Below are positions 59,043 to 64,000 of a stretch of 64,000 nucleotides of DNA, in pieces. The stretch comes from a virus. Position 1 is the stretch's first letter; each line of letters begins with the position of its first letter. Below the pieces are notes generated by a model. It saw only the letters and a list, made by a program, of their open reading frames with translations, searched no databases and was not told where the DNA came from. Made by a program: the position numbers and the translations under genes. The stretch lies in IMG/VR virus record IMGVR_UViG_3300046169_000069, one strand, 5' to 3'.

Positions 59043-59990
59043 TTAATCCTCCGCTGCCATCTGTGCGAAGTACGACAGGGTGTCGTCTTCTTCGGTCGCA
59101 ACCGCTGCAGGGGCAGGGGCAGGAGCAGCTACGATTGTTGGTTCAGAAGATTCTTTCCAAGGAGCAGATTCTGCAGTTTGGGCGAGAGCCTCATTCTTAA
59201 CAGTTGCACCAGAACCTGTTGCAAGTCCCAACACAGTCTCCAACTTGTTCTTCAACTCATCATAAGTCTTAAACCAGTTGGCATCGTGTGCGTTAGGGTA
59301 GTTAGGTACTACAAACTCATTCAGATCGTACAACGCATTGTACACGGCTTCAAGTTGCGTCTCATCTGAACCTAAGTGTGCAGAAGGGGACTTGAAGTCC
59401 GACTTATCGTAGTTACGATACCCAGCGACATTACGGATCTTCAGTTCAAAGTCTGCGCCGCCCCAGAAGTCAAACGGATTGACTGGAGTCTCGCCTGGGA
59501 ATTCTGGTTGCATCTGGTCCATGATCTTATCAAAGATCTTCTTACCGAACTCATAGAGGAACGTCTTGCCGTTATTGGCAGGGTTCGCGGGATCATTGAT
59601 CACTTGGATATTAGTGACGTAGTGTAGACGACGCTTCTGGCGACGTGCGGTCTCTTTGTCCTCTTCGATACCTGAGTTCCACAGACGTGAGTTCAACTCA
59701 CCGACTGGGTCGTTCTGACCAAGGGTAGTGAGTGATCGTTCGATGTACCATTGTCCGGTTGGACCCTTGAATGCGTGGTCCCAATAACGTACCCACGGAA
59801 GATCTTGTCCTTCAGTAGCAGGAAGAAAACGAATAACAGCGTAGCCGTTGCCCTGTTCATCAACAGTAGGCTTCCACTTGCGATCGTCTTGGTATTTGTT
59901 GGTGTTGGTTGTCTGACCTGACGCTTCGGTCGCGGCAGTGACAAGTTTGGAGATGTCCATAGATCTGGACTTTAGATTTGCAAAAGACAT
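59043..59990 (-). CDS. gp32: Single-stranded DNA-binding protein gp32
   Basis: DDRKWKP..D..GNGYAVIRFLP, HAFKGPTGQWYIE.SLTT, FGKKIFDKI, PFDFW.GADF.LKIR.V.GY.NYDKS.F, acidic tail. Confidence 0.95.
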   Translation of the reverse strand: MSFANLKSRSMDISKLVTAATEASGQTTNTNKYQDDRKWKPTVDEQGNGYAVIRFLPATEGQDLPWVRYWDHAFKGPTGQWYIERSLTTLGQNDPVGELNSRLWNSGIEEDKETARRQKRRLHYVTNIQVINDPANPANNGKTFLYEFGKKIFDKIMDQMQPEFPGETPVNPFDFWGGADFELKIRNVAGYRNYDKSDFKSPSAHLGSDETQLEAVYNALYDLNEFVVPNYPNAHDANWFKTYDELKNKLETVLGLATGSGATVKNEALAQTAESAPWKESSEPTIVAAPAPAPAAVATEEDDTLSYFAQMAAED

Positions 59991-60051
59991 AATATGTACC
60001 TTGTATAAACTTAAATATAAACTAAAATATGAATTGCCTCTAGGGCACTTC

Positions 60052-60059
60052 TATTTATA
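60052..60059 (-). promoter_or_regulatory. T4-type late promoter TATAAATA upstream of gp32
   Basis: tatttata overlapping the gp33 stop. Confidence 0.75.
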
Positions 60060-60291
60060 CGTCTAGTGTGTTCTGCTGAGGGAGAAAATGTAACTGTCTC
60101 GCTTCAGCCTCGAGATGTTCAACTATAGTCGGAGACAAGTATTTCTTAATGTCTTCTAACTCTAGTCCATTCTCTTCACATAGATGTACAATAGCGTCCA
60201 TATAGGACTGTTTGTTTCGAAACACGAAACTCTCAACCATAGTTGAGAAAGATTTTTTGGTTAGGAACTTCTCTTCAGTTTGTTCATCCAT
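60055..60291 (-). CDS. gp33: Late transcription coactivator gp33
   Basis: F...VE..V....SYMDAIVHLCEEN.LE.E...K.LS..I.E.LE.EA..L.FL; start reassigned to MDEQ. Confidence 0.85.
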   Translation of the reverse strand: MDEQTEEKFLTKKSFSTMVESFVFRNKQSYMDAIVHLCEENGLELEDIKKYLSPTIVEHLEAEARQLHFLPQQNTLDV

Positions 60292-60535
60292 CGAGTACCT
60301 CAACTTGCGTGACGTTTTCCACACGGAAAGACCGCCAAGCTTGCTTATCGATAGCGAACGCACGTACAACTGAGTTGTTCACAGCCAATGCAGCCGCAGT
60401 CTCACCCTGTTCACGTGTCGGTAACAACTCAGGTAAAAGGGTACAGGGCATAACACGCTCTTCTCCATCTACCTTTGTGAACGTGACCTGTAAGATGTTA
60501 GACTTTAACTGTTCAACAATGTTTTCATATGACAT
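60284..60535 (-). CDS. SH3/WYL_2-like small beta-barrel protein
   Basis: V.FTKVDGEERVM.CTL..DKQAWRSFR; start reassigned to MSYE. Confidence 0.7.
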   Translation of the reverse strand: MSYENIVEQLKSNILQVTFTKVDGEERVMPCTLLPELLPTREQGETAAALAVNNSVVRAFAIDKQAWRSFRVENVTQVEVLDG

Positions 60536-60545
60536 TGACGCCTCC

Positions 60546-60833
60546 TTAGAATCGTTCGTATTCATCGTCCTCGGCGCCTTCTTCACCAGTATCTGCATGA
60601 ACGGCTTCGAGAAACTCTTCACTCTGATCAAGAACTGCAATCGTGTGCTCAAACGCTTCGAGCGTAGAGATTACATTCATACGTTTCTCATCGTCTTCAG
60701 GAAGTTCTGCGAACTCCTTAACGAAGGTATCCAGAGTGTCTAGATATGCAATGCGCATGTACTCACGTGCGATGAGTTCTACATCATTGCGAGGGTATTG
60801 ACCTAAGTCAATAAGGTTTTCAGGTAGGGACAT
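60546..60833 (-). CDS. Hypothetical acidic protein
   Basis: Clean ORF coupled to the upstream gene by TAATG. Confidence 0.6.
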   Translation of the reverse strand: MSLPENLIDLGQYPRNDVELIAREYMRIAYLDTLDTFVKEFAELPEDDEKRMNVISTLEAFEHTIAVLDQSEEFLEAVHADTGEEGAEDDEYERF

Positions 60834-61057
60834 TAATTCCACTCCTCGTTTTGGTTAGCTTCATATACGTCTGAGAAATGAGTATTCACAAATTTAACCT
60901 CATCTCCCCAACGCACATCCGACTTATAGTCTTGACGATCAAGACGTTCTACTTCATCAGCGAGACGTTTATTTGCCGCACTGATTTTGCCACGCTTCTG
61001 AATCTTAAGTGCAGCTGCACGAATCATTGCGTAACGTTCTTCTTTCGAAATTGACAT
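60833..61057 (-). CDS. Hypothetical protein
   Basis: 74-aa ORF in an operon-like array. Confidence 0.6.
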   Translation of the reverse strand: MSISKEERYAMIRAAALKIQKRGKISAANKRLADEVERLDRQDYKSDVRWGDEVKFVNTHFSDVYEANQNEEWN

Positions 61058-61059
61058 AT

Positions 61060-61088
61060 ATTATACTCCAAAAAACTCTTCTTGTCAA
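61060..61088 (-). promoter_or_regulatory. Consensus sigma70 early promoter TTGACA-17-TATAAT
   Basis: Perfect hexamers with a 17-nt spacer. Confidence 0.75.
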
Positions 61089-61234
61089 GAGTGATCATTA
61101 TTAGGATAGAGGCTATCTTCAGGATAGCCCCGTTTCTTGACCTCTTTCTTACGGTCAACGTGGGTGGATGGCCGATTGAACTTCGGTGAGTGTTTCGCCA
61201 CCGGATTCGACCGATTGATAGATTTCTTCTTCAT
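61085..61234 (-). CDS. Small basic protein (NPVAK motif)
   Basis: MKKKSINRSNPVAKHSPKFNRPSTHVDRKK.. Confidence 0.5.
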   Translation of the reverse strand: MKKKSINRSNPVAKHSPKFNRPSTHVDRKKEVKKRGYPEDSLYPNNDHS

Positions 61235-61628
61235 ACCTATACGCCTCTTCTTCCCAAGGATGATCTTCATAGGCAAGGTTTGTGTACTCAACTCCATCAA
61301 AGATATGTTTGTATGACAAACCATCCTCATCAAGAGTTAGACCCACATGAATGAGTCGTCCCGTTAAAATCTGCACAGCATGAACAAACTCGTGTGCGAT
61401 ATTAATCTTGAGCGATTCATCATCTTGGTCATGAGTTGAAAACCGAATATCTACTCGATCTTCATCACCATCTGTTTCACCAGAAAAATTGCCGATCATC
61501 TCTTCTTCAAACAAAACTTTAACATACCCGCCTAGACGGGTAATTCCAATTGACTCTGCGCAACGAAACACATAGTCGGAGATGCCCTCATTGGGCGAGT
61601 TCTCTATAATAACATTTTCGGCAATCAT
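61155..61628 (-). CDS. Zincin-like metallopeptidase domain protein
   Basis: IAHEFVHAVQ (HExxH) and Y..HPWEEEAY. Confidence 0.7.
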   Translation of the reverse strand: MIAENVIIENSPNEGISDYVFRCAESIGITRLGGYVKVLFEEEMIGNFSGETDGDEDRVDIRFSTHDQDDESLKINIAHEFVHAVQILTGRLIHVGLTLDEDGLSYKHIFDGVEYTNLAYEDHPWEEEAYRYEEEIYQSVESGGETLTEVQSAIHPR

Positions 61629-61637
61629 ACCTAGTCC

Positions 61638-61847
61638 TTAATGAATTGTTATTTCGGGCATGACTTCATCGAACGCTTCGAGTAGATCAATCTCATCTTG
61701 GATTGCCTCACGAATCTCGACTTCACTCATACCAATAGCTTCCATACTAGAAACTGCCATCTCAGGTGAGAGCATATCATCAATCACCGAATCAAAAAGA
61801 TCTCGAAGATACTCTCCCACTTCACCACGTGCATACCATGCTGTCAT
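61638..61847 (-). CDS. Hypothetical acidic protein
   Basis: 69-aa ORF overlapping the upstream stop (ATGA). Confidence 0.55.
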   Translation of the reverse strand: MTAWYARGEVGEYLRDLFDSVIDDMLSPEMAVSSMEAIGMSEVEIREAIQDEIDLLEAFDEVMPEITIH

Positions 61848-62077
61848 TGCTTTGACTCCACTAACCTATTGTCTCTAAACTCGAACCCCTCGGGGGCACT
61901 TAACTTACCTAACAACCACCAATCTTCAGCCTTCATAGTAGGCACAAACTGGCCGTGTTCATCTTGAAACTTCTTACCCATCTTGTTGTACTCGTTCAAG
62001 TAATCAACCGCGTCTAGGACGACTTCAAACTCTTGCACATCAAGGTTGTTGTTTAACTTAGGCTTTGCTGTATACAT
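61844..62077 (-). CDS. Hypothetical protein
   Basis: Start reassigned to MYTAKPK (GGAG RBS, TAATG coupling). Confidence 0.55.
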   Translation of the reverse strand: MYTAKPKLNNNLDVQEFEVVLDAVDYLNEYNKMGKKFQDEHGQFVPTMKAEDWWLLGKLSAPEGFEFRDNRLVESKQ

Positions 62078-62238
62078 TACTTCTCTCCTTTCATTTCGTG
62101 ACGGTACTCTCTCTTCAACCACCACTTATACATTCTAAAATATTCTGCTGAATCGTAGAGGGGACTGCGACCCGTGAACTGTGCCACTTCGTCGCAATGC
62201 TCATACCACTTTTGGTTACACCAGTGACGAAAGTTCAT
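62077..62238 (-). CDS. 53-aa hypothetical protein missed by the ORF track
   Basis: MNFRHWCNQKWYEHCDEVAQFTGRSPLYDSAEYFRMYKWWLKREYRHEMKGEK; TAATG-coupled at both ends. Confidence 0.65.
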   Translation of the reverse strand: MNFRHWCNQKWYEHCDEVAQFTGRSPLYDSAEYFRMYKWWLKREYRHEMKGEK

Positions 62239-62786
62239 TACGCGTACCAACTTCGGTAGAAAGACTTACCTTCTTCGGCGAGACCAGCGTGACGCACATC
62301 GTCAATGTTGATGTACTTACCAGTGATTCGCTTCTTGAACTCACCACCGATGAACTCGTTCTTGACTGGAATGACACGATCACTCATGAAACTCTCACTG
62401 CCTTCAACAGAAGCGACAGCGATCTCACGCAGAGTGACAGTCGCACCCTTCTTGGCGATGACTTGGTAGGCATCGATGTTAGTCTGTTCCCAACCCCAAG
62501 ACGCGACATAGATGTCACCCTCTTTGACAGACTCAAGAGCGGCAGCCTTAGCGGCAGCACGAGCGATCTTGCGTTCCTGCTTCCACTGATCAGCGCGTTC
62601 AAGGTCAACAAGGAACTGTTCAACGTGTTCAATCATACGAGCGACAGTACCGTAACGATAAGCGAACTCAGTCTTGTAACCCAGACGGGCACGTTTAGTA
62701 GGACGCTTACAAACCGCAGTGATCTTCGCCTCATCAATCTCCAACTCAAGACCACGCGCTTCGTACTTCTCAATCAACTTCAACAT
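62238..62786 (-). CDS. Hypothetical early protein
   Basis: First gene after a sigma70 promoter; GDIYVASWGWEQTNIDAYQV motif. Confidence 0.7.
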   Translation of the reverse strand: MLKLIEKYEARGLELEIDEAKITAVCKRPTKRARLGYKTEFAYRYGTVARMIEHVEQFLVDLERADQWKQERKIARAAAKAAALESVKEGDIYVASWGWEQTNIDAYQVIAKKGATVTLREIAVASVEGSESFMSDRVIPVKNEFIGGEFKKRITGKYINIDDVRHAGLAEEGKSFYRSWYA

Positions 62787-62817
62787 AATTAACTCTCTCT
62801 CATCAATTTATGTAACC

Positions 62818-62845
62818 ATTATACCAAATCTGGCGGGATTGTCAA
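62818..62845 (-). promoter_or_regulatory. sigma70 early promoter TTGACA-16-TATAAT with AT-rich UP element
   Basis: Perfect hexamers and A-tracts upstream. Confidence 0.8.
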
Positions 62846-62863
62846 CACTTTTTTAAAACTTTT

Positions 62864-63100
62864 TTATGTTAATTTTTCACAATAAATGGGTTGTATTTTT
62901 CGTTCAACAATTCGCATTGCACAGGGATCGTTTGCGAAAACACTCCAAGTGCCGTCGTACTGACTGGCGATAGTGATCTCAAATTCTTCTCCGTAGATGT
63001 CGTACGCTTCAAACTTAAATTCGTAGAAGATGTTAGGCTCTCCCAACACTTCGGTCAACCTTTCATAGGACACGTCAATGTATCCTTGTAAACAACTCAT
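62864..63100 (-). CDS. Hypothetical protein
   Basis: GAGG RBS; LQGYIDVSYERL..VLGEP. Confidence 0.6.
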   Translation of the reverse strand: MSCLQGYIDVSYERLTEVLGEPNIFYEFKFEAYDIYGEEFEITIASQYDGTWSVFANDPCAMRIVERKIQPIYCEKLT

Positions 63101-63118
63101 GATAACCTCTTATCAAAG

Positions 63119-63234
63119 GAGTGAGAAGGGAAGAAGCAGTGAACCGTAGTTCCTATTCTGACACCAGATGTCTCGGAGAGACAAACAGTGGGCCGAAGCC
63201 CCTAGTCGAGAGACCAGATCTCCCCAACTCACAA
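63119..63234 (-). ncRNA. Candidate structured RNA / 5' leader
   Basis: Non-coding, starts just after a sigma70 promoter; three hairpins, one with a C(UUCG)G loop, inside a gtgag..ctcac closing stem. Confidence 0.45.
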
Positions 63235-63239
63235 TACAC

Positions 63240-63267
63240 ATTATACTCTTTTTTCAAATAAAGTCAA
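63240..63267 (-). promoter_or_regulatory. sigma70 early promoter TTGACT-16-TATAAT
   Basis: Near-consensus hexamers with an A-tract upstream. Confidence 0.7.
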
Positions 63268-63280
63268 GACCTTTTTTAGA

Positions 63281-63868
63281 TTATTTTGGAATAAAGGGTG
63301 CGTTTTTTACTGCTTTTAACCACGACTCAGGATCTTTCGGTTTCGACGGGGTCACTCGCAGACCCTGTTCCTTGAAGTTCGCCTTCAGGATCGTGGCGGT
63401 CTCACGACCAAGGAACCTCGACACCAGTTTCAGTAGGGTCTGTCGAAAGGTCACATGGTGGTGGCTGTGTCCTGCACTATGCGCGAGTTCGTGTAGGACG
63501 ATGTACTTGTTGAAGTCGAACGCGGGCGAGATCTCAATCCACGATCCGTGTGATCTACCCATGTATGCCGCTCGACTTCCCATATTGCGTGACTGGACGA
63601 CTCGGACCTTGCCGTGGTAACGAGACAACTTCTCCCACGTCTTGGATGCGGTCACTTGTTTTACAAACTTCTCCACATCTTTAAACTCATTGAGTGGACC
63701 GATCAACTCAGGGTGTTCGTTTTCGAGTTTCCATTCTGCGTTGTAGGTCTTGGTCTTCTCACTGTCGCGTTTTGGTAGAACCGTCTTACGACGGTAGTAG
63801 TCAGAATACTTATGGGCCTGAGAGGTAGTCAGTCCCGCGTTCAATGCTCTGCGATATGCAGTTCGCAT
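63281..63868 (-). CDS. SprT-like/zincin metallopeptidase domain protein
   Basis: IVLHELAH..HHH..F; start reassigned to MRTAY. Confidence 0.65.
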   Translation of the reverse strand: MRTAYRRALNAGLTTSQAHKYSDYYRRKTVLPKRDSEKTKTYNAEWKLENEHPELIGPLNEFKDVEKFVKQVTASKTWEKLSRYHGKVRVVQSRNMGSRAAYMGRSHGSWIEISPAFDFNKYIVLHELAHSAGHSHHHVTFRQTLLKLVSRFLGRETATILKANFKEQGLRVTPSKPKDPESWLKAVKNAPFIPK

Positions 63869-63999
63869 TACTTCTTTTTCCTTACCCGCTTCTTGGCAGG
63901 AGCCTTCTTCTTGGGTGCTGTCCATTTCTTTGCGAGGAACTCCTCAACTGATAACCCACACTCACGAAGGGTCTTGTGGAATCTTTTTACATCGGTCAT
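63868..63999 (-). CDS. Basic hypothetical protein (possibly truncated by the window edge)
   Basis: MTDVKRFHKTLRECG..KKKAPAKKRVRKKK, TAATG-coupled to the next gene. Confidence 0.4.
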   Translation of the reverse strand: MTDVKRFHKTLRECGLSVEEFLAKKWTAPKKKAPAKKRVRKKK

Positions 64000-64000
64000 T

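Noticed and set aside
62130-62235. Apparent intergenic gap as an ncRNA or tRNA
   Set aside because: It is filled by a 53-aa ORF translationally coupled at both ends.

Overview
This window is the tail/baseplate morphogenesis module of a large T4-like (marine-type) myophage, plus the edge of its early/replication region. Recognisable core genes are gp8, gp7-like, gp6, gp25, gp5, gp27-like, gp53, gp48, gp4, gp2, gp54-like, gp26/gp51-like, a tape-measure-like gene, gp32 and gp33. At least ten T4 late promoters (TATAAATA) sit in front of them. Over 20 frameshifts split genes, including essential ones; almost all are 1-2 nt insertions, mostly at AGCT/RGCY sites, so they are most likely sequencing artefacts, and I report joined genes. 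Main discovery: a ~1800-aa protein (20292-25697, minus) built from tetrapeptide units. Its N-terminal arm, read forwards, matches its C-terminal arm, read backwards, unit for unit with no gaps over 133 units. The match follows a complementarity code (e.g. Arg always faces Gly/Ser), and the turn is a branched tip with two small domains, like an RNA hairpin written in protein. This gene and a ~230-triplet collagen fibre gene are each followed closely by their own 2OG-Fe(II) oxygenase and glycosyltransferase, suggesting phage-encoded hydroxylation/glycosylation of virion fibres. No tRNA, rRNA or CRISPR array was seen.
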